Counted from the first letter of the stretch, positions 32,859 through 42,197 are shown. The stretch is DNA of 47,592 bases from Candidatus Moranbacteria bacterium RIFCSPHIGHO2_01_FULL_54_31 (GCA_001784695.1 MFRV01000004.1:1-47592), one strand, 5' to 3'. Notes: generated from the sequence alone by a model not told the origin. Numbers and translations: made by a program.

Positions 32859-34283
32859 ATGCGATTTTTTTCGAAAAAGAAAATTCTCTCTTTGGCGTCG
32901 GTCGTGTTCGGTGCTCTTTTACTGTCCGGCTGCGGTTTCAAAAGCGCGCCGCCGGAAACGTATCAGGTGAAGCTCGAGATGTGGGGGATATTCGATGACA
33001 GCGATGCCTACACGGAGGTTTTCAATGAATACCGGAGGCTCAATCCCTATGTCGGCGAGATCGTTTATCGCAAGCTGCCGATAGAGACATATAAGGAAGA
33101 CCTTCTGAACGCGCTCGCGGCCGGCAAGGGGCCGGATATCTTTATGATCCGCAATGCGTGGCGTGGCGCGTTCGAAGACAAGATCGCTCCGGCACCGGAC
33201 ACGATGGTGACCGAGAAGCAATACCGGGATGCGTTCGTCGATGTCGTGGCGTCCGATTTCATCGGTACGGAGAACAAGATCTACGGCGTGCCGCTGTCCG
33301 CGGATTCATTGGCCCTCTATTACAACAAGGATCTCTTCAATGCGGCCGGTATTGCAGAGCCGCCCGCGACCTGGGAGGAGCTGCTCGACGACCTGCACAA
33401 GCTCAACCGTATCGATCAGTTCGGCAATCTCACTCAGTCCGCCGCGGCGCTCGGTACGGCCTACAATATCAATCGTTCCACGGACATCCTGACGGCGCTC
33501 TTGCTGCAGATGGGGTCGGGTATCGGGCAAGCAGGACAAGGGCGCGCCGATTTCACCGATAGGAACAGCACCAGAGCCCTGGAGTTCTATACCCAGTTTG
33601 CGAACATCGGTTCCGGGTTCTATTCCTGGAATCCGCGCCTGCACTATTCTATCGATGCGTTCTATGAAGGTACGCTTGGGATGATGGTGAATTATTCCTG
33701 GCAGTATGCGACGATCAAGCAGAAGAATGCCAAGCTCAATTTCGGCGTAGCGCCTCTGCCGCAGTTTGCCGGCTCCGCGCCGGTGAATGTCGCCAATTAT
33801 TGGGGCTTCGCCGTCGCGAAGAATAAGGCCACCGAAGATCCGGCTGCGTCGGCAGGGCAGACGGCGACTGTGGCAGCCGATCCGGTGAAGCAGAATACGC
33901 TCCGCGTGCACGAAGCCTGGCAGCTGCTCAGTTACCTGGCGTTCCCGCATCCGAGAAACACGATCACGCTGGTGAATGGTCTCGCGGGCACTTCCAAGGA
34001 TTTCCCTCTCAGTTTCGATCCGACGAAGAAATATCTCGACAAGACGAGCAAGCCGGCCGCGCGCCGCGACCTGATCGAGGCGCAGAAGAGCGATGTGAGG
34101 CTGGCGCCTTTTGCGGCGGGCAATCTCATCGCGCGCAACTGGTATCAGGGCAATCCGGAGGGAGTCGAGACGATTTTCGCGGAAGCGATCAACGCGGTAA
34201 ATACCGGAGAAAAAAGCGCGTATGATGCCCTGATGACAGCGGAAAACCGTGTCAATGTGCTCGACCGCGGAGCTCCTCGTTGA
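32859..34283 (+). CDS. ABC transporter extracellular solute-binding lipoprotein (family 1, sugar-type)
   Basis: Lipobox LLLSGCG. Length and motifs (GKGPDIFMI, ALYYNKDLF, PATWEEL) are typical of SBP_bac_1. No permease or ATPase genes are adjacent. Confidence 0.8.
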   Translation: MRFFSKKKILSLASVVFGALLLSGCGFKSAPPETYQVKLEMWGIFDDSDAYTEVFNEYRRLNPYVGEIVYRKLPIETYKEDLLNALAAGKGPDIFMIRNAWRGAFEDKIAPAPDTMVTEKQYRDAFVDVVASDFIGTENKIYGVPLSADSLALYYNKDLFNAAGIAEPPATWEELLDDLHKLNRIDQFGNLTQSAAALGTAYNINRSTDILTALLLQMGSGIGQAGQGRADFTDRNSTRALEFYTQFANIGSGFYSWNPRLHYSIDAFYEGTLGMMVNYSWQYATIKQKNAKLNFGVAPLPQFAGSAPVNVANYWGFAVAKNKATEDPAASAGQTATVAADPVKQNTLRVHEAWQLLSYLAFPHPRNTITLVNGLAGTSKDFPLSFDPTKKYLDKTSKPAARRDLIEAQKSDVRLAPFAAGNLIARNWYQGNPEGVETIFAEAINAVNTGEKSAYDALMTAENRVNVLDRGAPR

Positions 34284-34300
34284 CCCTGCTTCGTGCAAGA

Positions 34301-34329
34301 TTGACAAAGCCGCGCCGATGAGGTACAGT
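34301..34329 (+). promoter_or_regulatory. Promoter TTGACA-17-TACAGT upstream of typA
   Basis: TTGACA 34301-34306 and TACAGT 34324-34329. Confidence 0.45.
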
Positions 34330-34387
34330 GCAGAAGCATTCCAAGGCGTTGAGACGCCTTTTTTCAATGATACAATTTTTTGTCCGT

Positions 34388-36175
34388 ATGGAAATCAGAA
34401 ACATCGCCATTATCGCGCACGTTGACCACGGCAAGACGACCTTGACGGATGCTTTGATGCGCCAGACAGGGATGGTGGCCGCTGATGGGGCATCGATGGA
34501 CTCCAACGCCCTCGAACTCGAGCGCGGCATTACGATCTATGCCAAGAACGCCTCCTTGTTCTGGAAAGAGACGAAAATCAACATCGTCGATACCCCCGGA
34601 CACGCTGATTTCGGCTCGGAAGTGGAGCGCGTCCTGCGTTCGATCGATAGCGTCGTGCTGGTCGTCGATGCGCAGGAGGGTCCGATGCCCCAGACGCGTT
34701 TCGTCCTGAAGAAGTCTCTCGAACTCGGCCTGAAACCGATCGTAGTGTTGAACAAGATCGACAAGCCGGCCGCCCGCCCGAAGGAAGTGGAAGAGATGGT
34801 CTACGAGCTGTTCCTGGATCTGGGTGCCAGCGATGAGCAGCTGGATTTCAAAGTCGTCTATGCGATCGCCCGCGAAGGCATCGCCAAGCTTGCTCTCGCA
34901 GATGAAAGCAAAGACCTCTCGCCGCTTCTCGATACGATCCTGGAGCGCGTACCGGTCGCCAAGAATGATACCGAGAGCCCGCTTCGCGCGCAGCCGTTCA
35001 ATCTCGGCTATGATAATTTCGTCGGACGGATGGCCATCGCTCGCGTGTATGAGGGGAAGCTCAAGGTGAATGACACGGTCATTATGCGCAACATCGATGG
35101 TAAGAACGAGACCGGCCGCGTCGTCAAGCTTTTCACCTTCCGCGGTTTGGAGCGCGTGGAAGCCGCTCACGTCGAGGCGGGGGATATCGTGATGATCGCC
35201 GGACTGACGACGATCGATATCGGCGATACGATCTGCGCCACTCCCGAACAGGAGCTTCTGCCCGCGATTGCGATCGATGAGCCGACGATTTCTCTCGAGT
35301 TTGTCGTGAATGATTCTCCGTTTGCCGGCCGCGAGGGCAAGTACGTGACGAACAAGCAGCTTCGCGAGCGTCTGCAGAAAGAACTGGAAATCAACGTCGG
35401 CTTGAAGATCGATTTTTCCGATGATCATTATAAGGTCTATGGCCGCGGCGAGCTGCATGTGGCGATTCTGCTCGAGAATATGCGCCGCGAAGGCTACGAG
35501 GTCCAGGTGTCGCAGCCGCAGGTTATCATCAAGGAGATCGACGGCGTGAAATCCGAGCCGTTCGAAGAAGTGACGGTCGAATGCCCGATGGAAGTGTCCG
35601 GTACCGTCATCGAGAAGATGGGCAAGCGCAAGGGCATTATGATGGAAATGAAAGAGGGTTCCGGCGGCTACACGCGGCTTATCTTCGAAGTGCCGACTCG
35701 GGGGCTGCTCGGCTATCGTGGCGAGTTTATGGTGGATACGCGCGGCGAAGGGACGCTCTATACGCGCGTGATCGGCTTCCGCCCCTATGTCGGTGAGATC
35801 AGGAAGCGCGATGCCGGATCGATGGTGTCGATGGCGACGGGCAAGGCGCTCGCGTTCTCGCTCAACAATCTCCAGGAACGCGGGACGCTCTATATCGCTC
35901 CGAGCACCGAAGTCTATGAGGGGATGGTCGTGGGCAACGTGACCAAGGGTACCGATATGGCCGTCAATCCGATCAAGGGCAAGGCGATGAGCAATATGCG
36001 CTCCTCCGGCGCCGATGAAGCGATCAAGCTGGTCCCGCCACTCGAGATCTCTATCGAACGCGGGCTGGAAATAATGCTTGGCGACGAATATCTGGAAATC
36101 ACTCCGCACAATGTCCGCCTGCGCAAGCAGTTCCTGACAGAAACCGACCGGACCCGCGCGGGACGCAAGAAATGA
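34388..36175 (+). CDS. typA: Translational GTPase TypA/BipA
   Basis: [33 protein letters not shown], and EF-G-like domains. ATG 34388 follows a TTGACA-17-TACAGT promoter at 34301-34329. Confidence 0.9.
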   Translation: MEIRNIAIIAHVDHGKTTLTDALMRQTGMVAADGASMDSNALELERGITIYAKNASLFWKETKINIVDTPGHADFGSEVERVLRSIDSVVLVVDAQEGPMPQTRFVLKKSLELGLKPIVVLNKIDKPAARPKEVEEMVYELFLDLGASDEQLDFKVVYAIAREGIAKLALADESKDLSPLLDTILERVPVAKNDTESPLRAQPFNLGYDNFVGRMAIARVYEGKLKVNDTVIMRNIDGKNETGRVVKLFTFRGLERVEAAHVEAGDIVMIAGLTTIDIGDTICATPEQELLPAIAIDEPTISLEFVVNDSPFAGREGKYVTNKQLRERLQKELEINVGLKIDFSDDHYKVYGRGELHVAILLENMRREGYEVQVSQPQVIIKEIDGVKSEPFEEVTVECPMEVSGTVIEKMGKRKGIMMEMKEGSGGYTRLIFEVPTRGLLGYRGEFMVDTRGEGTLYTRVIGFRPYVGEIRKRDAGSMVSMATGKALAFSLNNLQERGTLYIAPSTEVYEGMVVGNVTKGTDMAVNPIKGKAMSNMRSSGADEAIKLVPPLEISIERGLEIMLGDEYLEITPHNVRLRKQFLTETDRTRAGRKK

Positions 36176-36229
36176 TTCCGCTCTGAGCGGAATCATCCTG
36201 ATCCGCCAGCCGGCGGACGAAGGATCTGG

Positions 36230-36262
36230 AAAAAATCACCCATGTTACGGGGTGATTTTTTT
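36230..36262. terminator. Bidirectional terminator between convergent typA and GH28
   Basis: AAAAAATCACCC-ATGTTAC-GGGGTGATTTTTTT. Confidence 0.65.
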
Positions 36263-36263
36263 A

Positions 36264-37862
36264 TCATTCGCCGGCGTACGAGACAGTCGCTCTGTCGACC
36301 TCTCTGCCCAGCCGCACCGCTTTCGCGGGGTATCCGCTCCTGAAACGTATGTCGCTCGAGCGGCTTCCTTCGATGAGCACGAACGGCCGATACGTCGGGG
36401 GATGTTCAAGGGCGCTGAAAACGGCGTTCTGGACATTGCTCGCAGAGATCAGCGGTCTCTGGCGCGTCTGGATATCGGCATTCTCGAACCGTATGCCGTT
36501 GACATCCTGCAGGACGATGCTTCGTTCGGATCGCATCCGGATATTCTTGAAGGAGAGATTCTGGATAGGACTGTTCGTAGCCCCGATGATCGAGATCGCG
36601 GTGTCCGCCTGCAGGCACTCGATATCCTTGAAAAAGAAATTCCGGAACAGCGGCAGATTCGCTGTCGTCGGTCTGATGAGGTTTTTGGAATCGTAGGATG
36701 CATCGATCTGGATGGCTTCGGCTTGGATATTTTTCATCGCGATATCTTCTGCCCAGACATTTTCGACGATGCCGCCGCGTCCCGGAGCCGATTTTACCCG
36801 TAGGCCTCTTTTGGTGCCATCGAAATCGCAGCGGGATACGAAGACGTTCCGCACATCGCCAGACATCTCGCTCCCGATGGCGATGCCGCTGTTCCCGCGC
36901 CCGATGGAGCAATCGCGGATGACGATATTTTCAGATGGCTTCCCGACGCGTTGGCCTCCTCTGTCGAGGCCTGATTTGATGACGATGGCGTCGTCCGAGG
37001 TGTCGAGCCGGACATTTTCGATGAGGGCGTTCCGCGAGGAATCGATGACGATGCCGTCGTTGTTCGGTCCTTCTGTGGTCACGGTGACGCCCTGGATGAG
37101 GATAGTGTCGGAATATATTGGATGGATGGTCCACATCGGGCCGTTCTTGATGGTGAATCCCGTGAGCTCGATGCGCGTGCAATTCACGAATTGGACGAAT
37201 GACGGTCGGAGTCCGGCGGCCTCGGTACCGAAGACGCGCTCTTCCGTCGGGATGTTTATGTCTGACATCCTATACAGTTTCTTGACGGCTGCCAGCTGCC
37301 GCTTTTGCCAACTCCACCATGCCTCGCCTCTCCCGTTGAGCGTGCCCTTGCCGGTTATCGCGATATCGTGGCAATCGCGCGCATAGATGAGCGGGGAATA
37401 GTTGTAGTACTCCATTCCCTCATAGCGCGAGAAGACGACGGGCAGATAATCGCTGAATGTCTGGCTGAAGAGCACTTCTGCTCCTTCGGCGATATCGAGG
37501 CGGATGTTGCTCTGCAGGCGGATCGGTCCGGTCAGCCATTTTCCGGCTGGGATAGCCACGGTCCCTCCGCCCTGTCTTGCGCAGTCGTCGATAGCGATGG
37601 CGATAGCCTGGGTATTGGAGGTTTCGCCATCGTTTATGGCGCCATACTGATCAATCGAGCAGGTCCGGTCGGGGAAAATGAAGAGCTGGACGGGCGGCAT
37701 AGCGAATGGCAGAGAGAGCGTTTCCCATTCCTGAGAGAAAGCGAGCGGCCGCTCGGCTTCGGGAATATCAGCTCGCTTGAGAGAGTCTCTGACCCGGATG
37801 CTTGAGAGGGTAATGACGAGAATTGCGACGAGTATCACGAGTGTTCTCTTTTGTTCTGACAT
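36264..37862 (-). CDS. Glycoside hydrolase family 28-like (polygalacturonase-type) parallel beta-helix protein
   Basis: N-terminal TM/signal (TLVILVAILVITLSS). GH28-like motif series NNDGIVID, TSDDAIVIKSG, GNSGIAIGSE, RGLRVKS. ATG 37862 is preferred over 38027. Confidence 0.65.
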   Translation of the reverse strand: MSEQKRTLVILVAILVITLSSIRVRDSLKRADIPEAERPLAFSQEWETLSLPFAMPPVQLFIFPDRTCSIDQYGAINDGETSNTQAIAIAIDDCARQGGGTVAIPAGKWLTGPIRLQSNIRLDIAEGAEVLFSQTFSDYLPVVFSRYEGMEYYNYSPLIYARDCHDIAITGKGTLNGRGEAWWSWQKRQLAAVKKLYRMSDINIPTEERVFGTEAAGLRPSFVQFVNCTRIELTGFTIKNGPMWTIHPIYSDTILIQGVTVTTEGPNNDGIVIDSSRNALIENVRLDTSDDAIVIKSGLDRGGQRVGKPSENIVIRDCSIGRGNSGIAIGSEMSGDVRNVFVSRCDFDGTKRGLRVKSAPGRGGIVENVWAEDIAMKNIQAEAIQIDASYDSKNLIRPTTANLPLFRNFFFKDIECLQADTAISIIGATNSPIQNLSFKNIRMRSERSIVLQDVNGIRFENADIQTRQRPLISASNVQNAVFSALEHPPTYRPFVLIEGSRSSDIRFRSGYPAKAVRLGREVDRATVSYAGE

Positions 37863-38046
37863 CTTGTGAGGCAAGCGGAAATGAGAGAAGCGTTTTCTGA
37901 AGCTCTGTATACATAATGCCGCGCGGCCGATCATCTGTCTGATCGAGCGTGTCCCGCTCCCGCGCACTTGTCGAGCGAAGTCCGCTATACGGGCGATTAT
38001 CCATGCTAGGCGGCGGTTTTTCTGCATAAAGCTTTCTTTGCGTTCA

Positions 38047-39858
38047 TTATTTCTCCACTTTGACGACCTTCACGAAGTTCCCGGGCCGGTCATCGATCAG
38101 GAGCTGCCAGGCAGGATGCGGCGCGCCGTAATATCTGTACGCTGTGAGACCGGAGAGCCGCTCCCAGCGATCGGCGCGCGACATATAGCGCATCTGGCCG
38201 CGGCGGGTGAGGACGTAGTAGTCCGGCTGCACGAGGGCGGGATCGAAAGTGTAGGCAGAGAGGCAGCGGCCCACGAAAAATTCGCAGACCCCGTAATAGT
38301 CTATCCAGACGGTGAGGCGTTCGGCATCGGGCAGGCTGTTCAGGTATTGCGCCGCCTCGTAGCCGCCATAGCCCCAGGCATCATTGATGAGTGCGGATTT
38401 CGGCAGGAGGCTATTCGTATAATTGAAATAGAACGGCTGTATGGCGTATAGGCTCGCGAGCGATCCGAAGAATATGACGAGCGTGGCAGCGAGTTTCGCA
38501 TATGGCCAAGAAAATCGTTCCGTGATCTGCCAGACACCGCGCGCGGCGAGGAACGCGAAGAGCGGATAGAGGAGGATGCTGTAGCGCGGCGTCGCGAGGA
38601 CATTGGAAGAGATGAGGAGCACGGAGTAGACAAGGAAGAAAAAAAGGAGCGCATAGGCGAGAAAGGCATACTTCTTCTCTCTCGTGCCGAGAAAAGCGGC
38701 GAGCCCGAGCAGGACGATGGGCGTGAGCGAGAAGACAATCGGGTTCCATTCGAGGAGGAAGACTTCGAAGAAGTTCGGGATGTCGGTATGATAGCGGGCG
38801 TCGCTTATGTCCTTGATATCGAATGGTATCCGCGTGAAGATGTCCCAGTCGGGAAAGAAATTGCGGACGATGATCAGTGCTGCGAAGAGCGCGAGGAAGA
38901 AGAGCGGGAGGGCGCGCCGGGCGGGTGCGGCACGGAGACCGATCCGCCGCACTGTGAAGAGCAGTTTATTTTTCAATACGAAGAGATCAATGAGGAGGGG
39001 GACGAAGAGCCCGAGACCGATAGCAGCGAGCGCTTCTTTATCAGGCACGGTTTGGATGAGTTCGACGATGTATTTGGAGTCGAGAAAGAGCGCTGGTAGG
39101 AAGAGGAACAAGAGCACAACGGACGCGGCAGCGATACCTACGAGCCTGGAGAGGTCTTTTTTGAGGTGCTGCGTGAGCGATGCTGCGTCTGGCTCTTCCT
39201 CTGTGAGGAAGCGGAGCAGCGCGAGCGTCAGATAGAATGGCAAGAGAATGAAAGCGACGTATTTCGTGAGGAGCGCGAAGCCGGTGAAGAGTATGGTGAG
39301 CCAGAGATATTTTCTTTCCCCGGATGCGAGCAGCGCGAAGTACGAGAAGAGTGCTGCCGCCCCCAGCGACCAGAGGAGCGCGTCCGGATTGACGATCTGC
39401 GAGATGCCGAGGAGTATCGGGGAGAGCGCGGCGAGCATCACGGTCCAGAGCGCGATCCAGGGGTTCGTGAGCCGCCCGACGATCCAGAAGAGATATAGCA
39501 GCAACAGAGCATTCATCAGAAGAATAGGCAGACGGAACGCGCGGTACAGCGGCTCGGTGTTGCCGGTGTCGTAGATGAGCACCCGATCATAATTTTCGTA
39601 GAGGTGTTTTTTCGGGTGCGGCTCGAAAAGGAGTCCGATGCCCGAGGTCAGCGCAAGCGTGATGCCGGGCTTGTCATTGATGAAGGTCTTCTTCCATTTT
39701 CCGTTCGCCACGGCATCCCAGTACTGCGGGATGCGCTCATAGACCCAGTAGTGCTCGTCGGCGGTGACGAACTGGGTGAGGTGGCGCAGGCCGAAGAAAA
39801 AATAGCCCGCAAACACGAGACCGAGGAAGATGTATCTGATGCCGGTGGATGAGAACAT
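38047..39858 (-). CDS. Glycosyltransferase family 39 (ArnT/PMT-like) polytopic membrane protein
   Basis: 603 aa with more than 10 TM helices. The N-terminal loop has the DEHYW acidic motif, and the C-terminal soluble domain follows the PMT_2/ArnT layout. Confidence 0.6.
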   Translation of the reverse strand: MFSSTGIRYIFLGLVFAGYFFFGLRHLTQFVTADEHYWVYERIPQYWDAVANGKWKKTFINDKPGITLALTSGIGLLFEPHPKKHLYENYDRVLIYDTGNTEPLYRAFRLPILLMNALLLLYLFWIVGRLTNPWIALWTVMLAALSPILLGISQIVNPDALLWSLGAAALFSYFALLASGERKYLWLTILFTGFALLTKYVAFILLPFYLTLALLRFLTEEEPDAASLTQHLKKDLSRLVGIAAASVVLLFLFLPALFLDSKYIVELIQTVPDKEALAAIGLGLFVPLLIDLFVLKNKLLFTVRRIGLRAAPARRALPLFFLALFAALIIVRNFFPDWDIFTRIPFDIKDISDARYHTDIPNFFEVFLLEWNPIVFSLTPIVLLGLAAFLGTREKKYAFLAYALLFFFLVYSVLLISSNVLATPRYSILLYPLFAFLAARGVWQITERFSWPYAKLAATLVIFFGSLASLYAIQPFYFNYTNSLLPKSALINDAWGYGGYEAAQYLNSLPDAERLTVWIDYYGVCEFFVGRCLSAYTFDPALVQPDYYVLTRRGQMRYMSRADRWERLSGLTAYRYYGAPHPAWQLLIDDRPGNFVKVVKVEK

Positions 39859-39922
39859 AGGGTTTCTTTAGCATACCAGCTGTGGTACTATTATGACAAA
39901 CAAAGCCCTGAAGATTACCCGT

Positions 39923-40585
39923 ATGTCATATTTCTTCGCACGTTTCTTTCTTTCCCTCTTTTTCGTATTTTCATTGTTGTCCGCCGCGCTCCCGCTTTCT
40001 GCGGATGCGGCGCTGGTTCCCTGCGGGCGCTCATCCGGCACCGTCGCCGAGCAAGCGCCCTGCACTATCTGTCACGTCGTCATCGGCGGCCAAGGGCTGA
40101 TCGACTACGGTTTGAGAATTATGACTTTCGCGGCGATCGCGGTGATCGTCGCGATGGCTATCTTCTACATCGTTTCTACGGGCGATGAAGGGATGATGCA
40201 GACGGCGAAGAGCGGCATCAAGGCGGCACTGATCGGTTTCGCGGTGATGCTCGCCGCTTGGCTCATCGTCAACATCGTGCTCACCGTTCTGGTCAATACG
40301 GAGTTTCTGAACGGTATCAAGAAAGATGGTGCATTTACTTTTTCCTGTGATCCCAATTCTTCTTCCGCCGGTACCGCGACGGGAACTACACAGCAGCAGA
40401 CTGGAGGTGCTTCACCAGCTAACAATACAAGCGCTACTGGTACTACTGTAAGTACTGAAGGCGCGCCTTGTAGCGGACAGGATATTGACGGGGCTGTGAA
40501 ATCTGGCACGTGTAGATACACATCGTTTTGCACAGCGCTCACAGGCGCGACAGCGTGCGCTTCTGGTCAAAAGTGTTGTCTTTGA
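39923..40585 (+). CDS. TrbC/VirB2-like two-helix pilin, paralog 1, with a Thr/Gly-rich linker and a C-terminal 6-Cys module
   Basis: Signal peptide MSYFFARFFLSLFFVFSLLSAALPLSADA. Core FAAIAVIVAMAIFYIVSTGDEGMMQTAKSGIKAALIGFAVMLAAWLIV. ATG 39923 is preferred because a TGGTACTAT extended -10 sits at 39883-39891, overlapping the 39893 ATG region. Confidence 0.65.
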   Translation: MSYFFARFFLSLFFVFSLLSAALPLSADAALVPCGRSSGTVAEQAPCTICHVVIGGQGLIDYGLRIMTFAAIAVIVAMAIFYIVSTGDEGMMQTAKSGIKAALIGFAVMLAAWLIVNIVLTVLVNTEFLNGIKKDGAFTFSCDPNSSSAGTATGTTQQQTGGASPANNTSATGTTVSTEGAPCSGQDIDGAVKSGTCRYTSFCTALTGATACASGQKCCL

Positions 40586-40669
40586 GAGAGGTAGGTTTCG
40601 TTATATGGTGATGGTGGCGATCAGTGCGCGGTGCATTTCGGTGTCAATTGCGAAGTACGCTCAAAAAAT

Positions 40670-40954
40670 ATGCACACTTTTTCCCTTATCGATACGGTGC
40701 TGGCTGCCGGCGTGATCACCGATGCTACGCCGATTGCGGAGATACTCTCGAACGTATTGCAATTTTTGTTGTCAATCGTCGGGATACTTGGTATAATCGG
40801 GCTAGTAGTTTCCGGGGCGCTGTATTTTTTCGCGACCGGGGACAATAGGCAGATCGCGGTAGCCAAGCGTGCGGCACTCGCATCGGTGATCGGCATCGTC
40901 ATCGCGCTCGGAGCGTATATACTTATAACTCAGATAGCGAGCTTTTTCTCATAA
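40670..40954 (+). CDS. TrbC/VirB2-like two-helix pilin, paralog 2 (minimal)
   Basis: Core LLSIVGILGIIGLVVSGALYFFATGDNRQIAVAKRAALASVIGIVIALGAYILI. ATG 40670 (MHTFSLID) is preferred to 40631. Confidence 0.65.
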   Translation: MHTFSLIDTVLAAGVITDATPIAEILSNVLQFLLSIVGILGIIGLVVSGALYFFATGDNRQIAVAKRAALASVIGIVIALGAYILITQIASFFS

Positions 40955-41033
40955 CACAAAGGAAAGCATAAAAAATCAAAACGTTCGCGGCCGTTGTCCG
41001 GCAGGCTGAACACACTGAAAGGAGGTGAGAAGT

Positions 41034-41402
41034 ATGAAACAAATCAAACAAGCGGTATACGGAGCATTTGCTCTCGCTCTCGCGACTGCACCGGCAATAG
41101 TCGGAGCTCAGTGGTATCAGGGCAAGACTAACGCCGCTCAGTCCGGGTTGCCGGAGGACAGCATCTACAATATCATTTCCCGCACGATGAACTGGCTTTT
41201 GGCCATTCTCGGTTTTATCGGCATTATCGGTTTCGTGATTGCCGGTATTCTCTATCTCACCGCCGCTGGCGATGAAGGACAGATCGAGAAAGCCAAGAAC
41301 GCTATGATGTATTCCATCATCGGTATCATCGTCGCTCTCATCGGCTTCGTCATTATCCAAGCCGTAGAAGGCTGGCTGACATCCGGATCGACTCAGTTCT
41401 AG
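41034..41402 (+). CDS. TrbC/VirB2-like two-helix pilin, paralog 3
   Basis: GGAGGTGA RBS precedes ATG 41034. Signal peptide. Core LLAILGFIGIIGFVIAGILYLTAAGDEGQIEKAKNAMMYSIIGIIVALIGFVII. Confidence 0.7.
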   Translation: MKQIKQAVYGAFALALATAPAIVGAQWYQGKTNAAQSGLPEDSIYNIISRTMNWLLAILGFIGIIGFVIAGILYLTAAGDEGQIEKAKNAMMYSIIGIIVALIGFVIIQAVEGWLTSGSTQF

Positions 41403-41427
41403 TGTTTCTCGGATCACAGGAGGAAAG

Positions 41428-41456
41428 CCATCTTTCGCAAGGAGGGTGGTTTTTTC
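41428..41456 (+). terminator. Possible terminator after pilin paralog 3
   Basis: CCATCTT...AGGGTGG stem with two G-U pairs, followed by TTTTTT. Confidence 0.45.
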
Positions 41457-41615
41457 TATAACAAAAAAAGCGGACCCGTCCGCATCCCGCTTTGGCTGGA
41501 AGAGTTTCGCGCAAGCCTGCCCGAAAAGCTGGGTTCAATGTCGCTTGGCGTGGTTGTTTTTTTGTCCCGAAAAGAGTAGTATGGAGGAAGAAGAGACTCT
41601 TGTTGAAACAAAAAT

Positions 41616-42197
41616 ATGCGCCTACTCTCTCTCAGCAGCATTCTTTTTTTCGGGGCGCTTTTTCTGTTTCCGGGATACGTTTCCGCAGATACCGCCGGTT
41701 TTTCCTGTGTCGGAAGCAATGGTCAGACCGGTACCTGTATGTTCGGTGCGATAAATTGCAGCGCTACGCCGCTCGCATCGGCCAGCTGCGATGCCGGACA
41801 AATATGCTGTCCTACGGGATCGAGCAACACGAACACAAATACCAATACACAAACGAACGCGAATCCGACCTCTGGTTCCAGTATCCCAGTCTCTTGTCCC
41901 AACGGGACTATAAAAGGAGGGGTGTGTTTTCCTGCCGGGACAGGGCTGTCCAGTATGCCGATTGCGGATCTCCTGATGAGAATTATGGATTGGCTCTTGG
42001 GTATTTTCGGCTTCCTCGCTATCATCGCTTTCGTCATTTCCGGCTTCCAGTATCTCCTGTCAGCGGGCGATGAGGGGACGGCCGAAACTGCCAAGCGCAA
42101 TATGCAGTACGCGGCTATCGGCATCCTGGTCGCGCTCTCCGGCTGGGTGATCATTATGGCGATCGATCAGGCGCTCTCCGGCAATCCGTTTTTCTAG
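41616..42197 (+). CDS. TrbC/VirB2-like two-helix pilin, paralog 4, with an N-terminal 6-Cys module and an Asn/Thr linker
   Basis: Signal peptide, Cys module (41706-41810), NTNTNTNTQTN linker, second Cys pair, core LLGIFGFLAIIAFVISGFQYLLSAGDEGTAETAKRNMQYAAIGILVALSGWVII. Confidence 0.7.
   Translation: MRLLSLSSILFFGALFLFPGYVSADTAGFSCVGSNGQTGTCMFGAINCSATPLASASCDAGQICCPTGSSNTNTNTNTQTNANPTSGSSIPVSCPNGTIKGGVCFPAGTGLSSMPIADLLMRIMDWLLGIFGFLAIIAFVISGFQYLLSAGDEGTAETAKRNMQYAAIGILVALSGWVIIMAIDQALSGNPFF

Noticed and set aside
36174-36194. 9-bp hairpin GATTCCGCT-CTG-AGCGGAATC overlapping the typA stop codon, as the terminator
   Set aside because: No U-tract follows it. The convincing bidirectional terminator is 40 nt further on, at 36230-36262.
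34364-36196. 610-aa minus-strand ORF opposite typA
   Set aside because: It is a shadow of the TypA/BipA GTPase gene. Its composition is low-complexity (R/H/D/L) and it has no motifs.
36252-37386. Plus-strand ORFs (36252-36803 and 36712-37386) inside the GH28 locus
   Set aside because: The minus-strand frame carries the ordered beta-helix motif series and a signal anchor. The plus-strand products have no features.
37863-38027. 55-codon N-terminal extension of the GH28-like gene
   Set aside because: The extension is Arg-rich and precedes the obvious signal/TM segment. ATG 37862 places that hydrophobic segment at the N-terminus, as expected.
41446-42073. ORFs 41446-41754 and 41492-42073 overlapping the pilin 3/4 intergenic region and pilin 4
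   Set aside because: They are out of frame with the motif-bearing pilin 4 ORF. They have no signal peptide or pilin core, and their start lies within the predicted terminator region of pilin 3.
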